A DNA stretch of 48,800 nt from an uncultured Gammaproteobacteria bacterium (GTDB taxonomy: Bacteria; Patescibacteriota; Patescibacteriia; VMEV01; CAZAJQ01). A program made the translations under genes and the position numbers. Below the pieces are notes generated by a model, which searched no databases, was not told where the DNA came from, and saw nothing but the letters and a program-made list of their open reading frames with translations. Numbering within the stretch: the stretch's first letter is position 1; each line of letters starts with the position of its first letter. Where the stretch lies: positions 38,292 through 87,091 of the forward strand of contig CAZAJQ010000004.1 of assembly GCA_964485795.1 (NCBI GenBank). Direction: 5' to 3'. This document shows positions 19,337-29,882 of this stretch, piece by piece.

Positions 19337-20452
19337 ATGAAAATTATTTGCATACAAGAAAATTTATTAAAAGCACTCTCTGCCGTAAATCATATCGCAA
19401 CAAAAAACTCCACATTGCCGATTTTGAACAACGTGAATATCCATGCGGAAGAAAGAGGCATACAATTTTCAACGACCAATCTTGAAATTGGTGTGCATTA
19501 CTGGATTCGCGGGAAAATAGAGACCAAGGGGGCGTTTACCGTCAATGCAAAACTTCTTTCCGATTATGTTTCGCTGCTGCCAAAAGAAAATATAGAAATA
19601 GAACTCTCGGACAATGAATTGCATCTCAAAACATCAAAAGCGAAAACAAAGCTCAAAGGAGAGGTTTCCGACAATTTTCCAATCATTCCGTCCGTGGAAA
19701 AAAAAGACGGCATTGCGATCAATAAGAGTGTTTTCAGTAAAGCCATCAATAAAGTCATATTTGCGGCGTCAAACAATAAAATACGACCGGAGCTCAACGG
19801 AATATATTTTCAAATACATGGAAATAAACTCACATTGGCAGCCACAGATAGTTACCGCTTATCGGAAACCGTCCTGACTTTGTCAAAATCAATGCCGGAA
19901 ATGCAGCAAACGGTGATCATTCCGACTTCGACATTGCAGGAAGTCATGAGGATTTTCGGAAATGAAAATGATGACCGTGATATTGAGGTGTTTATAAATG
20001 ACAATCAAATACTTTTTTCCACGGAAAATATTGAAATCATTTCTCGTGTCATTGCCGGCCAATACCCCGACTATAAGCAGATTATCCCCACCGAGTTTAA
20101 AACGCGCATTATGGTCAATAAGGATGAATTCATGAATGCCATCAAAAGAGCGGCGCTTTTTAGTTCTTTTGAAAACAACGATGTGATCATAAAAGCGTTT
20201 CCCGGTAAAAAAATTTTTGAAGTGTATTCGGTCAGCGCTCCAATCGGAGAAAATATCACCGAGGTGGAAACGCAGAGCATTGAAGGCGATGAAAACGAGA
20301 TCACTTTCAATCATCGTTATATCCTTTCCGGAATGAATGTTATGGACGGCAATGTGGTGGATTTTCGCCTCGTGGATAAAAATATTCCGGGAGTGATGCG
20401 CGAAAATGACAATGATGGTTTTCTTTATATCATTATGCCCATCAAAGCGTAG
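19337..20452 (+). CDS. dnaN: DNA polymerase III beta sliding clamp
   Basis: 371 aa immediately downstream of dnaA/oriC. LPILNNVNIHAEE, ELNGIYFQIHGNKLTLAATDSYRLSE and QYPDYKQIIP. Confidence 0.9.
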   Translation: MKIICIQENLLKALSAVNHIATKNSTLPILNNVNIHAEERGIQFSTTNLEIGVHYWIRGKIETKGAFTVNAKLLSDYVSLLPKENIEIELSDNELHLKTSKAKTKLKGEVSDNFPIIPSVEKKDGIAINKSVFSKAINKVIFAASNNKIRPELNGIYFQIHGNKLTLAATDSYRLSETVLTLSKSMPEMQQTVIIPTSTLQEVMRIFGNENDDRDIEVFINDNQILFSTENIEIISRVIAGQYPDYKQIIPTEFKTRIMVNKDEFMNAIKRAALFSSFENNDVIIKAFPGKKIFEVYSVSAPIGENITEVETQSIEGDENEITFNHRYILSGMNVMDGNVVDFRLVDKNIPGVMRENDNDGFLYIIMPIKA

Positions 20453-20476
20453 AAAAGAGATAAAATGAAAAAAAGG

Positions 20477-20502
20477 AGAGGTTGATAATCACCTCTTTTT
20501 TT
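20477..20502 (+). terminator. Intrinsic terminator after dnaN
   Basis: AGAGGT, TGATAATC, ACCTCT, followed by TTTTTTT. Confidence 0.6.
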
Positions 20503-20558
20503 ATTGGCGAAAAAATATATGCGAAAGAGTCGAGAAAAAGGTTTAATTTTTATAGGCC

Positions 20559-21122
20559 TTATTCGGAAACAGGAGCCGAAAGCGGATGCAAATCTTTTTG
20601 CATATCCATATCTTCAAATTCAACGCCAAGAAAATCGGCGACGGATTTTCCGAGACGCATTTCCTTGACGGGGTAGATTTTTATGAAAAAAGAAGCCGCG
20701 CGATATTTGTTTGGAGAAAACGGCAGTTCCTTTCCATCAAAAAAGACAAAAAAAAGTCGATCAACGAATATCGGGTTTGAAACCGGAGACGAAGGATTGA
20801 TGGAGTAACGCTTCAGGCGAATTTTATGGATCGTTGACAAGGGATAGTCTCGAAAAGAATAAGACAAGAGGCTTTTTTGGATACATGAAAGGGTTGTACG
20901 TTCCTTATCCATGCGAAGGAGGCTGGTTTTGGAGTTCAGCAAAAGGTAGAGCGCCGCGGCAAGGAGGAAAGTGACGACTGTAAATAAAACAATGTCTTGC
21001 TGAAATGTGCGATCAAAAAGAAGCAAGGAAAAGATCATGAAAAAAATGAAACAAAGTATTTGGAATATGCGTTGATCTTCTTTGAGAATCATCAAGGATG
21101 GATTGGAGACGATGATCTTCAT
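20559..21122 (-). CDS. Hypothetical membrane protein
   Basis: 187 aa with two N-terminal hydrophobic helices and then a soluble domain. No motif recognised. Confidence 0.45.
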   Translation of the reverse strand: MKIIVSNPSLMILKEDQRIFQILCFIFFMIFSLLLFDRTFQQDIVLFTVVTFLLAAALYLLLNSKTSLLRMDKERTTLSCIQKSLLSYSFRDYPLSTIHKIRLKRYSINPSSPVSNPIFVDRLFFVFFDGKELPFSPNKYRAASFFIKIYPVKEMRLGKSVADFLGVEFEDMDMQKDLHPLSAPVSE

Positions 21123-21374
21123 AGATGAAAATAGTGAGAAAAGAGATTGTGGAAAACAATTGGATAACTCGTGAAAAAAGAGCGGTGATAACTTCTTTTT
21201 ATGCTAGGATAAAGGATTTTTTTATTTTACGGGATATTGTTTGAGGAACCCTCTCTGTGGATATCCTTATCTCGTGCATCAAAGATAGGCAATAAAATCG
21301 ATGCGAAAATATCATATCAAAAGAAGATTTTTCGTTTTTCCGCGGATGTTGCGGTTTGAATGGAGTGTCAAATG

Positions 21375-24332
21375 TCACGGAATGATTTCAATGACCAATG
21401 GATCGGAAACAACGGATGTGAAATCACCTTGAACCGTTGCATTGAGAGTATAGGTTCCTGGAAGGGATGGGGTGGTCCAAGGTATGAAGACGTCAACGAC
21501 CGGAGGAGTAAAGAGCGTGCCTATCAAATTTTGACCGTTTGGCCCGGAGGAATCAATACTCACCAGCTTTACATTATCCCGAGTGGAAAGCTTTGCATGA
21601 AGCGTTATGGGAAATTGACTCATTGAAATAGATTGTCCGGATGTCGGAGAAATCCACTGAATCGAGAGCGGAACATTTTCCTTTCGATAGTTGATAAGCA
21701 CCTGATTTTGCACGGAGTTTTTGAGAACGTCGGTAACCCTTACTTTCAGAGTATGAAACCCGATTAGGTTTTCGGAAAGCGGATAAGAGAGGTCATAGGG
21801 AGCGACCGTTGTGGTGGTTATATGCGTATCGTCAAGAAAGTATTTCACGGATTCGATACTTTGGGTGGAAAGGATTTGAATGTGAGCGGAGAGTGTGGAG
21901 CTTGTGATCACTTCTTGGTCAAAGGGAGAAAGGATGATCACCGCGGGTTGATTTTCTCGGGTATGAACATCGTCAAATTCGGTCGGGATCGGAATATTAT
22001 AAAAAACGCAGGGAGCCGTGTCGGCGGAAACAAGATTGAATTCGTTGACCACCGTTTGCTTTGCAGTACATTGTTCATTGTTTTTTGCTATCCATTTTTG
22101 CAAGCTTTCCTCCCAGAATTTGTACATGAAATCTGCCTTTACGGGATCTTTGGGATATTCGCCGCGCGGGGAATCTTTGTAAACGTAATGAAGGATGTTG
22201 TGCGCTTCTTTGTAAATCACTTTTTTGCGCGTTGAATCGGGAGTGAATTCCGTCGCCAGTTTTCCGGATATCGTGTCTATCACGATTTCTTTTTCTTCAG
22301 CTTCTTTTCCGGCCAAGACGGGTTTTGTGGCGCCGTGAGGTGCGGGTGCTATAAAAGATTCGATCGCTTTTCCTTCGAGTGCCTTGCGCATGAATTCGTT
22401 CCACATCGGAGCCGCCGTTTTGCTGCTGTCCGCGCCAAACTGCATGGCGGTATTGTCATTGTTTCCCACCCATACGCCGGCGACAAGGCTCGGAGTGTAT
22501 CCGATGGTCCATCCGTCGCGATAGCTGTTTGTCGTACCCGTTTTTACCGCTACGGGGCGATTGCCCAGCTGCAAAGCGCTGTTGCGACCGAATATGTAGG
22601 CGCGCGACTCATTGTCCGAAAGGACATTGCTGACCGTGCGTGCGATGTTTTTGTCGATCACCTGTTTTTGCTCGGGGATTTTTTCTTCAAGCACTTTGCC
22701 GCTGCTGTTGGTGATGCGCAAGATGGCGGTTTTTTTTGACTGTACGCCGTCATTGGCGAATACTCCGAATGCGGCCACGTGCTCGATGAGCTGAACCTCT
22801 CCTCCTCCGAGCACCAAAGCAAGGCCAAAGCGGCTCCGATCTTTAAATGACGTATATCCGAGTTTTTCCGCAAAGTCCAAAGCGTAGGTGACTCCCGCGA
22901 GATACAGCGTTTTTACCGCCGGTATATTGAGTGAACCTTGAAGAGCCTTGCGCATGCTCACGGGTCCATGTTCTTTGAGATTGTAATTTCTGGGATGATA
23001 CATCTGAGATTGCGTCGGAAAATCCGTTTCCACGTCGTAGAGAATCGTGTCGGGGGTATAGCCTTTTTCAAATGCGGCCGCATATACGACAGGTTTGATG
23101 GAAGACCCGGGTTGACGCAGGCTCAAAGTGACATTCACATTGCCGTCGTTTTCCGTATCAAAATAGTCTTTTGATCCCACCATGGTGAGAACCTCCCCGG
23201 TTTTGGGATCCATGGCGAGTAAGGCCGCGTTGGTGGCATTGAGCTTGAGATTTCTCTCAGCACCGGCCGCCACAATCTCTTCCGCCATTTTTTGCAAAGG
23301 ATAATCCAGCGTGGTGATCACTTCGAGGCCTCCTTGCTCAACGAGCTTCTCACCGTATTTTTCCGACAAGAGTTCACGGATATAAAAGACAAAATGCGGC
23401 GCCAAGATATTTTCTTTTTTCTCGGAAAAAACGATTGTTTCGGTTTTCGCCTGATCAATGGATTCTTTGGAAACGAATCCTTGTTCGGCCATCAGGTCGA
23501 GGACGAGATCGGATCGCGAGAGGAGCAGATCTTTTCGAGATCCATAGGGAGAATAATAGGTGGGGCGCTGGATGATGGCCGCCAAAACGGCCGATTCGCG
23601 CAGTGAAATGTCTTTTGCGGATTTATTGAAATAAAGATTTGAAGCGGCTTCGATCCCATAGGCGGTGGCTCCGTACGGGATTTCATTGAGATACATCTGG
23701 AGGATCTGTTCTTTTGAAAACTTTCGTTCGATTTGGATGGTAAGGATCCACTCTTTGAGCTTTCGCGTAATCGTCCTCTCCGGAGTCAAAATGGCGTTTT
23801 TTACCAATTGCTGGGTCAGTGTCGACGCTCCGGAGAGGTCAATGTCGCGTTTGAAAAATTTTGTCATCACATAGCTGTAGAGGGCTTTGACGATGCGACG
23901 ATACGAAAGGCCTCCATGTTCATAAAAATCCCTGTCTTCCAATGCTACAACGGCTTTTTGCGCATGATCCGGAATATCTTCGAGCTTGATGAGCGTTCGT
24001 TGTTTATCGCCGTGAATTTCATAGAGCAAAATTTTTCCCGTTCGGTCGTAAATTTTGGTGCTTTGGGCGATTTGACGGTCAATGAGTTTGTCGGGCTCGG
24101 GAAGATTTCGCGAGACATAGGCCAATGCGCCGATAAGCGTAATGCCTCCGAAAATGGCGAGAAAAAAAGTAAAGACGATGCCGATGATAAATATTTTTTT
24201 CAGGCGTTTGAAAGTTATGACGCGTTTCGCGATATTCGCCGTTTTGTGCAATACAAACTTGGCGAGTTCCACGACGGGATTTTTTTGACGGGGTGAGGTT
24301 CTTAGCATTTTTTTATAATAGGGAGCTGACAT
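21375..24332 (-). CDS. Bifunctional class A penicillin-binding protein (GT51 transglycosylase + transpeptidase) with a C-terminal beta-rich extension
   Basis: GT51 motifs ALEDRDFYEHGG, GASTLTQQLVKN, RKLKEW. Transpeptidase motifs SSIK (SxxK), SLN (SxN), KTGTT. The last 200 aa or so look like two Ig-like repeats. Confidence 0.9.
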   Translation of the reverse strand: MSAPYYKKMLRTSPRQKNPVVELAKFVLHKTANIAKRVITFKRLKKIFIIGIVFTFFLAIFGGITLIGALAYVSRNLPEPDKLIDRQIAQSTKIYDRTGKILLYEIHGDKQRTLIKLEDIPDHAQKAVVALEDRDFYEHGGLSYRRIVKALYSYVMTKFFKRDIDLSGASTLTQQLVKNAILTPERTITRKLKEWILTIQIERKFSKEQILQMYLNEIPYGATAYGIEAASNLYFNKSAKDISLRESAVLAAIIQRPTYYSPYGSRKDLLLSRSDLVLDLMAEQGFVSKESIDQAKTETIVFSEKKENILAPHFVFYIRELLSEKYGEKLVEQGGLEVITTLDYPLQKMAEEIVAAGAERNLKLNATNAALLAMDPKTGEVLTMVGSKDYFDTENDGNVNVTLSLRQPGSSIKPVVYAAAFEKGYTPDTILYDVETDFPTQSQMYHPRNYNLKEHGPVSMRKALQGSLNIPAVKTLYLAGVTYALDFAEKLGYTSFKDRSRFGLALVLGGGEVQLIEHVAAFGVFANDGVQSKKTAILRITNSSGKVLEEKIPEQKQVIDKNIARTVSNVLSDNESRAYIFGRNSALQLGNRPVAVKTGTTNSYRDGWTIGYTPSLVAGVWVGNNDNTAMQFGADSSKTAAPMWNEFMRKALEGKAIESFIAPAPHGATKPVLAGKEAEEKEIVIDTISGKLATEFTPDSTRKKVIYKEAHNILHYVYKDSPRGEYPKDPVKADFMYKFWEESLQKWIAKNNEQCTAKQTVVNEFNLVSADTAPCVFYNIPIPTEFDDVHTRENQPAVIILSPFDQEVITSSTLSAHIQILSTQSIESVKYFLDDTHITTTTVAPYDLSYPLSENLIGFHTLKVRVTDVLKNSVQNQVLINYRKENVPLSIQWISPTSGQSISMSQFPITLHAKLSTRDNVKLVSIDSSGPNGQNLIGTLFTPPVVDVFIPWTTPSLPGTYTLNATVQGDFTSVVSDPLVIEIIP

Positions 24333-24461
24333 GCAATATTTTTTTTAAAAAAAGACCTTTTACCATACGAAAAAACGAAAAAACAGTCAATTTTTATCTT
24401 ATTGTAGCCTTTTTATTCATAGAGAATCAAGAATCATGAAAGGATTATCGATCGTATCAGC

Positions 24462-24484
24462 AAAAAAAGCCGAATACGGCTTTT
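24462..24484 (-). terminator. Hairpin terminator after the glycosidase-like gene
   Basis: AAAAAAAGCCG-AATA-CGGCTTTT. A symmetric A/T flank makes it potentially bidirectional. Confidence 0.55.
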
Positions 24485-24520
24485 GCTTTTTTGCGAGGTA
24501 TTCGTTTGTATATCGGAATA

Positions 24521-25747
24521 TTATGAAAGAAACGGTTTTAATGCGCCATCTCCAAGAATGATGTCATAAGCGATGAGAAACATGGCGGCATTTTGCGTAG
24601 AGCCGATATTCCCCATGGGTTTTCCAGAAGTGCCGTGGGCATATTCATGCCATGCGAAGCCTCCCGCTTGATTGGCCGACGCGATGCTTTCCAAGAGATT
24701 TTTCGCACGCGCATAATCCCCTTTTTTGTTTTTTTGCATCGCGTACCATGCGCCGGCGCTTGGCCATGCTCCTCCGTTGAATTTTTGCCAAGGGTAATTT
24801 TCTCCATCCATGATATCGTTCCACTCTTTTTCACCCGGATAGATGGTGGGATACAGGGTAATGATGGGAAAAGGGTCGGTAATATTCGCATGATGAAAAA
24901 AATCCTCGATGAGAGCCGTTTTCCTCTTCTCCGCGATGTCAAAGAGCATGACAAGAATATTGGCCAAAACATCGCAGCGGCGTCCGTATTTTTTGCCGGC
25001 AAAGTAGCTCGCATAATAAGGAAGACCGACCAAATCGGCGTTCATGGCTTCCATATCCGCGAGGCAAGAGGAATTGTTTTTGAAGAGAGGATCTTTTTCG
25101 GGAATGAAATTATGATCCGAGGTTTTTCGTTTATGAATCCAGAAAATCGAATTGATTGCGTTTTTGATGTCTTTTGAAAACTTTTTCAATGAGCTGTCAT
25201 GGTCAGCGTATTCCGCGTATTGCGTGACGGCTTTATACCAGAGGGCGTTGGAATACAGATTCCATCCTTGGCAGGAAAGGTTATTGTTCCATACGCTGCA
25301 AATTCCCTGCTCCAAAAGAGAGGAATGAGTTTTTTGAAAAAGAAAACGAAAGGCGCCGTGAATTTTTTCTTCGACTTCGCTTTGAAATTTTTTTTCTTCC
25401 GTGAAGGAAGAAAAAATAACCGCCGAGATAAGCCACCATAAGGTGCTTTCAACGCGCGTGGGAAAGAAAAACTCCGGCTTATTTTTTTTCAAAGCGTCCG
25501 GAATTTGTCCAAAGGTGTTTTGATGTTTGCCAAACGCAAGAAGCGTTTTTTTTGCATGTTCGATGAGTTTTGCATTTTCGACGGTCAAGAGTGAAAGCGC
25601 CGCCAAGCAATTGTCCGCGCATATCAGCGTCCGGTTCACGTCCGATACGGGCAGATCCGAATAAGACGAAGAAAACCCCGTGTTCTGAATATTATCCTGC
25701 AAGCATTTCAAAGATTTTTTATGGCATTGGGACAGAATATCGGGCAT
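24521..25747 (-). CDS. Six-hairpin (alpha/alpha)6 glycosidase-like protein (amylo-alpha-1,6-glucosidase / GDE_C-like)
   Basis: Helix-rich with Trp-rich repeats (STLWWLISAV, ALWYKAV, NGGAWPSAGAWYA). The start is ambiguous: the ORF opens at 25870, but that would overlap ruvC by 40 nt. Other in-frame Met codons are at 25807 and 25747. Confidence 0.55.
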   Translation of the reverse strand: MPDILSQCHKKSLKCLQDNIQNTGFSSSYSDLPVSDVNRTLICADNCLAALSLLTVENAKLIEHAKKTLLAFGKHQNTFGQIPDALKKNKPEFFFPTRVESTLWWLISAVIFSSFTEEKKFQSEVEEKIHGAFRFLFQKTHSSLLEQGICSVWNNNLSCQGWNLYSNALWYKAVTQYAEYADHDSSLKKFSKDIKNAINSIFWIHKRKTSDHNFIPEKDPLFKNNSSCLADMEAMNADLVGLPYYASYFAGKKYGRRCDVLANILVMLFDIAEKRKTALIEDFFHHANITDPFPIITLYPTIYPGEKEWNDIMDGENYPWQKFNGGAWPSAGAWYAMQKNKKGDYARAKNLLESIASANQAGGFAWHEYAHGTSGKPMGNIGSTQNAAMFLIAYDIILGDGALKPFLS

Positions 25748-25830
25748 ACTTTGTTTTGATATTTTGAAAGCGAGGAAAGCTTCTCGTGATGGAAATAAGT
25801 ATAGCATGAGTGAGGAGAGACAGGAGTCCG

Positions 25831-26328
25831 TCAGACCCTTGCCGGCGGTTGACTGTTTTGGCTGCAGCAAAGGGCGATGGCGAGGGCGTCGGCGGCATCG
25901 TCGGGTTTTGGGATTTCCGAAAGACCGAGTATCAGCTTCACCATGTTTTGCACCTGCCTTTTATCGGCTTTCCCGTAAGAAGTTATCGCGGATTTCACTT
26001 GCAGCGGGGTGTATTCGAAGAGCGGGATGTTTTTTTTCGCTCCGCAAAGCAATATGACTCCCCGGGCATGCCCCACGGAGAGCGCGGTTTTGACATTGTT
26101 GCAGAAGAAAAGCTGTTCCACGGCGAGCTTGTGCGGCGTATGGGTGTCTATGAGTGAAAGAAGCGCTTCATATATCTGGAAAAGACGTTTTTCCAAAGAC
26201 ATTCCCGCCGGGGTGAAAATGCATCCGTGCGCAATATGCTCGCGTCGCATTCCCGAGTTTACAATGACTCCATAGCCGGTTCTTCCGACTCCGGGGTCGA
26301 TGCCAAGAATAATCGTTCCTTGCGACAC
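25831..26328 (-). CDS. ruvC: Crossover junction endodeoxyribonuclease RuvC
   Basis: IILGIDPGVGRTGYGVI, LAVEQLFF, GKADKRQV and DAADALAIALC catalytic acidic-residue motifs. Confidence 0.9.
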   Translation of the reverse strand: MSQGTIILGIDPGVGRTGYGVIVNSGMRREHIAHGCIFTPAGMSLEKRLFQIYEALLSLIDTHTPHKLAVEQLFFCNNVKTALSVGHARGVILLCGAKKNIPLFEYTPLQVKSAITSYGKADKRQVQNMVKLILGLSEIPKPDDAADALAIALCCSQNSQPPARV

Positions 26329-26431
26329 AAAGTTAGCATTATCACAAGCGTAACGCCGTTTTCGGTTTTTCCCTTGCGCGACGTGACACAGGCGGCAGCC
26401 TTCACGTTACATGGAGATACGACAATACCGC

Positions 26432-27163
26432 TCATTGCTCGAGAAGGGAAAGATTTGTATACCATTCATTGACGTCTTGGCAATCTTCCAAAGCGTCAAA
26501 AAGTCCTTCCAGATTTTTTTTTGATGACTCGGAAACCGATGAAATTCCCTCTTTTGGAACAAAATTTATGCTGGCGTATTCGATGGCGATCTTATTTTTT
26601 TCGAGGAATTCTTTGATTTTTTGAAAATTTTCCGGAGCTGATATGATGATGCAGTCAACGGTTCCATGAATCAGCTCTTCGCATCCCAGATCGATGAGTG
26701 AAAGCTCAAGGGATTCCAAAGTTTTCGCATAGGTTGCCAAAGGCACTCGGATAACAACCTTGCGATGAAAAAGCCACATCACTTTTGCGTCGGAGCGAAA
26801 ACCAAATTGCGAAAGAATGCGTTTTATTTCGGCCGCGGATCGATTTTTATTGTCCGTGAGCGCCTCGATGATTATGGCGATTCCGTCGGAATGCATGCCT
26901 TCATAGATCACCTCATCGAGGTGTAGCCCCTCCTTTGACTCCCCGGTTCCTCTTTTCAAGGCTTTCTCGATATTATCCTTGGGGAGATTGTTCTTTCTTG
27001 CGGTTTCCAAAGCGAGTCGGAGTTTGAAATTCGATTCCGGATCTTTTCCCTCTTTTGCAGCCAAAGAAATGTTGCGGGCAAGCTTGGTGAAAAGAATGGC
27101 CTTTTTTTTGTCCGCAAGACCCTTGGCATGTTTGATGGTGCGCCACTTTGAATGTCCCGACAT
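26432..27163 (-). CDS. YebC/PmpR family DNA-binding regulator
   Basis: MSGHSKWRTIKHAKGLADKKKAILFTKLARNISLAAKEGKDPESNFKLRLALETARKNNLPKDNIEKALKRG. Confidence 0.9.
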   Translation of the reverse strand: MSGHSKWRTIKHAKGLADKKKAILFTKLARNISLAAKEGKDPESNFKLRLALETARKNNLPKDNIEKALKRGTGESKEGLHLDEVIYEGMHSDGIAIIIEALTDNKNRSAAEIKRILSQFGFRSDAKVMWLFHRKVVIRVPLATYAKTLESLELSLIDLGCEELIHGTVDCIIISAPENFQKIKEFLEKNKIAIEYASINFVPKEGISSVSESSKKNLEGLFDALEDCQDVNEWYTNLSLLEQ

Positions 27164-27174
27164 ATGATTACGGT

Positions 27175-28728
27175 ATGAAAATAAAATGTAAAACGCTTAT
27201 TGAAGGTATGGGTGTTTTGGTTTTTGCATTGACGTATTTCGGTTTCTTGCAGCGGTATTCCGGCATCGCCGATCCGGATGCATGGTATCATGCGAAATTC
27301 GCGGCGCTTATGTCCCAACAGGGCATCATCAGGGAATTTCCCTACTTACCTTTTACCTACTTTACCGAACGTTTTGCCGATCATCATTTTCTCTACCATG
27401 TCGCGCTTATCCCTTTTGTGAAAGTTTTACCGCCCATCATGGGATTGAAACTTGCGACGGCTCTCTTCGGGGCACTCTTCGTTGCGTTTTTCTACGGACT
27501 TCTCAAGCAAAGTCGCGTGGCGCATCCGATGATCGCGACCGCATTGCTTCTTGCCAGCTCCCCTTTTGTTTTTCGCATCATGCTTGGAAAAGCCAATGTC
27601 ATGTCCCTATTCATCCTCTTCGCCGCGGTGAATGCCATGCTTCACCGCCGTCCCATACTTTTGGCCACATTGTCCGCATTGGCCGTGCTTTCCCACGGTT
27701 CATTCCCCATACTTTTTATTTGTATAGGAATTTATTGCTTTTCGCAATGGATTATGGATGTTTTTCGCAAGGATTTCGCCGCCGTCCCGTTTCCCGTGCT
27801 CCGTGCGGCATGGAAGGTTGCGAAAAAAAACGTTTCTTTGCTGATCGCCGTTTTCGGAGGCATTGCGGCAGGAATGATAGTGAATCCGTATTTCCCTCGG
27901 AATGTGGCATTTTACTATGAACAGGTGATCGAAATCGCGCTTATCAATTATAAAAACGTCATTTCCGTTGGCGGAGAATGGTATCCGTACCCCTTTTTTG
28001 ACTTTATCGGTGGTGCGGCTTTTGCGTTTATGGCCTTGGGAGCGGCATTGTATTTTCTCATGATCCGAAAAGAAAAAAATACGCTCCATGAAATGACGCT
28101 TTTTTTTATCATGCTTTTTTTCTTTTTTCTCACCTTGCGAAGTCAGAGAAATGTCGAGTATTTCATCCCGTTTGCCGTATGGTTTTCATTTTTGATCATT
28201 CCCCCGTTCCCCGCGACATGGAAGATAAAAAATATGAAAAAGTTTTTTATTGCTGCAAAACCCATGATTCGAAGCATCATGATCTATGGTGTCGTCGCAG
28301 CCCCGTTTTTGGCGTTTTATAATATGCGCGCCGTTTTCATATCCATGCAAGGGCATGACCTTTCACGATTTCAAAAAAGCGCGGAATGGATGGCGCGCTA
28401 TTCCAAAGCCGGTGACATTGTCTTTCACAGCAGCTGGGATGAATTTCCCATCCTTTTTTATTTTAATTCCACCAATTTTTACATTTCCGGCCTTGACCCC
28501 ACTTTTTTTTATCGGAAAGACGCAGCGCTCTATCAAAAATACATTGATATCACCTTGGGAAAAGAAACCCAAGAGGTGGTTCAAACCGTCAAAGAGATAT
28601 TTCACAGCCGATATGTTTTTGTCCAGAAAAAAGATCATGAGGCCATGAGCAGGCTTTTTCGCAATGATTTTCGATTCACCTTGGCCTATGAAGATGAAGA
28701 AGCCGAGGTCTATCTGGTTCCGCGGTGA
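27175..28728 (+). CDS. Polytopic membrane protein, GT-C-fold glycosyltransferase-like (ArnT/PMT-like)
   Basis: More than 10 hydrophobic helices, then a C-terminal soluble domain of about 130 aa. There is an early D/E-containing loop (GIADPDAWYHAKF). The family call rests on architecture only. The table ORF starts at a TTG (27148) that overlaps the yebC start. Confidence 0.5.
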   Translation: MKIKCKTLIEGMGVLVFALTYFGFLQRYSGIADPDAWYHAKFAALMSQQGIIREFPYLPFTYFTERFADHHFLYHVALIPFVKVLPPIMGLKLATALFGALFVAFFYGLLKQSRVAHPMIATALLLASSPFVFRIMLGKANVMSLFILFAAVNAMLHRRPILLATLSALAVLSHGSFPILFICIGIYCFSQWIMDVFRKDFAAVPFPVLRAAWKVAKKNVSLLIAVFGGIAAGMIVNPYFPRNVAFYYEQVIEIALINYKNVISVGGEWYPYPFFDFIGGAAFAFMALGAALYFLMIRKEKNTLHEMTLFFIMLFFFFLTLRSQRNVEYFIPFAVWFSFLIIPPFPATWKIKNMKKFFIAAKPMIRSIMIYGVVAAPFLAFYNMRAVFISMQGHDLSRFQKSAEWMARYSKAGDIVFHSSWDEFPILFYFNSTNFYISGLDPTFFYRKDAALYQKYIDITLGKETQEVVQTVKEIFHSRYVFVQKKDHEAMSRLFRNDFRFTLAYEDEEAEVYLVPR

Positions 28729-28885
28729 AGCAAAATCGAGTGAGTCGGCATCGGCGGTTTCATGGATTGAAAAGAGCGGATGTGTTCTTTTGAGCGAAGG
28801 CGTTTCATGATATAATACAAAATATTTAAGAGAACACTTTAGGATTTTTTCATTACCATCTTTATTATTTTCCGTTGCACGAAGT

Positions 28886-29752
28886 ATGAAAAACAGTTCC
28901 ATCAAAAAAGCCGTTATCGCCGTGGCCGGATTTGGCACGCGATTTCTTCCCGCCACCAAGGCGCAGCCAAAGGAAATGCTCACCCTCATCGATAAGCCCG
29001 TGATCCAGTACATCGTCGAAGAGGCCGTGGCCGCGGGTATAGAGATGATCGTCTTTGTCACGAGTCAGAACAAGCGCGCCATTGAGGATCATTTTGACAA
29101 GAGTTTTGAGCTCGAATATCTTCTGAAAAAAAAGAAAAAACTCGACGTTCTCGAGCAGATTCAGAAAATTCATTCCATGGCCGAGTTTGTGTATATTCGT
29201 CAAAAAAGTCCGCGCGGATGGGGGGACGCGATTTTGCTTACCGAAAAGATTATCGGCGATGAACCGTTCGCCTATTTATCGGGAGACGATGTTTTTCTCA
29301 GCAAAGAACCCGCCATAGGACAGCTGATGGACGTGTATGAGCGCTATCATGACGGAGTGCTGGGTGTTACTCGAGTTTCAAAGGAAGACACGTCAAAATA
29401 CGGAGTTATCGGCGGTACGGAGATCGGAGAAGGCGTCTATGAGGTCAATGAATTCATAGAGAAGCCCGGTCCCAAGCATGCGCCTTCGACGCTTGCCAGC
29501 GTGGCGAGGTATATCTTCACTCCGGATATTTTCGGAGCTTTGAAGAAGACCAAGCTCGTTGGCGGAGAGCTGGTCGGCGCCGACGCCATCCGCAATCTGC
29601 TCAAGACAAAACCGTTTTATGCGAAGGAGTATGAGGGAAAGTACTACGATTGCGGCAATAAACTCGGTTTTTTGCAGGCGACCGTTGACTTTGCTTTGCA
29701 AAGCGAGTTCAAAAAAGAATTTTTGGATTTTTTGAAAGAAAAGGTTCGATAA
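28886..29752 (+). CDS. galU: UTP--glucose-1-phosphate uridylyltransferase
   Basis: KAVIAVAGFGTRFLPATKAQPKEMLTLIDKPVIQYIVEEAVAAGIE and YIFTPDIF. Confidence 0.9.
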   Translation: MKNSSIKKAVIAVAGFGTRFLPATKAQPKEMLTLIDKPVIQYIVEEAVAAGIEMIVFVTSQNKRAIEDHFDKSFELEYLLKKKKKLDVLEQIQKIHSMAEFVYIRQKSPRGWGDAILLTEKIIGDEPFAYLSGDDVFLSKEPAIGQLMDVYERYHDGVLGVTRVSKEDTSKYGVIGGTEIGEGVYEVNEFIEKPGPKHAPSTLASVARYIFTPDIFGALKKTKLVGGELVGADAIRNLLKTKPFYAKEYEGKYYDCGNKLGFLQATVDFALQSEFKKEFLDFLKEKVR

Positions 29753-29882
29753 AAAACACGATTCAAGCTCGTTATCTTTTTTGCGCTCCATGTATCTGGA
29801 GACGATGCACATGAAGCGACGGCTTCTTCTCGTCTCAAGCGGAGGAATTCCAAAAAAGAAATTTTAAAAATACAAAGAACCT

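Noticed and set aside
23733-24296. 187-aa ORF on the + strand, with several shorter ORFs between 21822 and 23874
   Set aside because: All are antisense or off-frame within the PBP1A gene.
24538-25177. 158-aa (-) and 194-aa (+) ORFs
   Set aside because: They are off-frame or antisense within the six-hairpin glycosidase-like gene.
27282-27920. 212-aa ORF on the + strand
   Set aside because: It is an alternative frame inside the polytopic membrane protein gene. Its Arg/Cys/His-rich composition is implausible for a real protein.
28363-29061. 232-aa ORF on the - strand
   Set aside because: It is antisense to the 3' end of the GT-C-like membrane protein gene and the 5' end of galU. No motifs.
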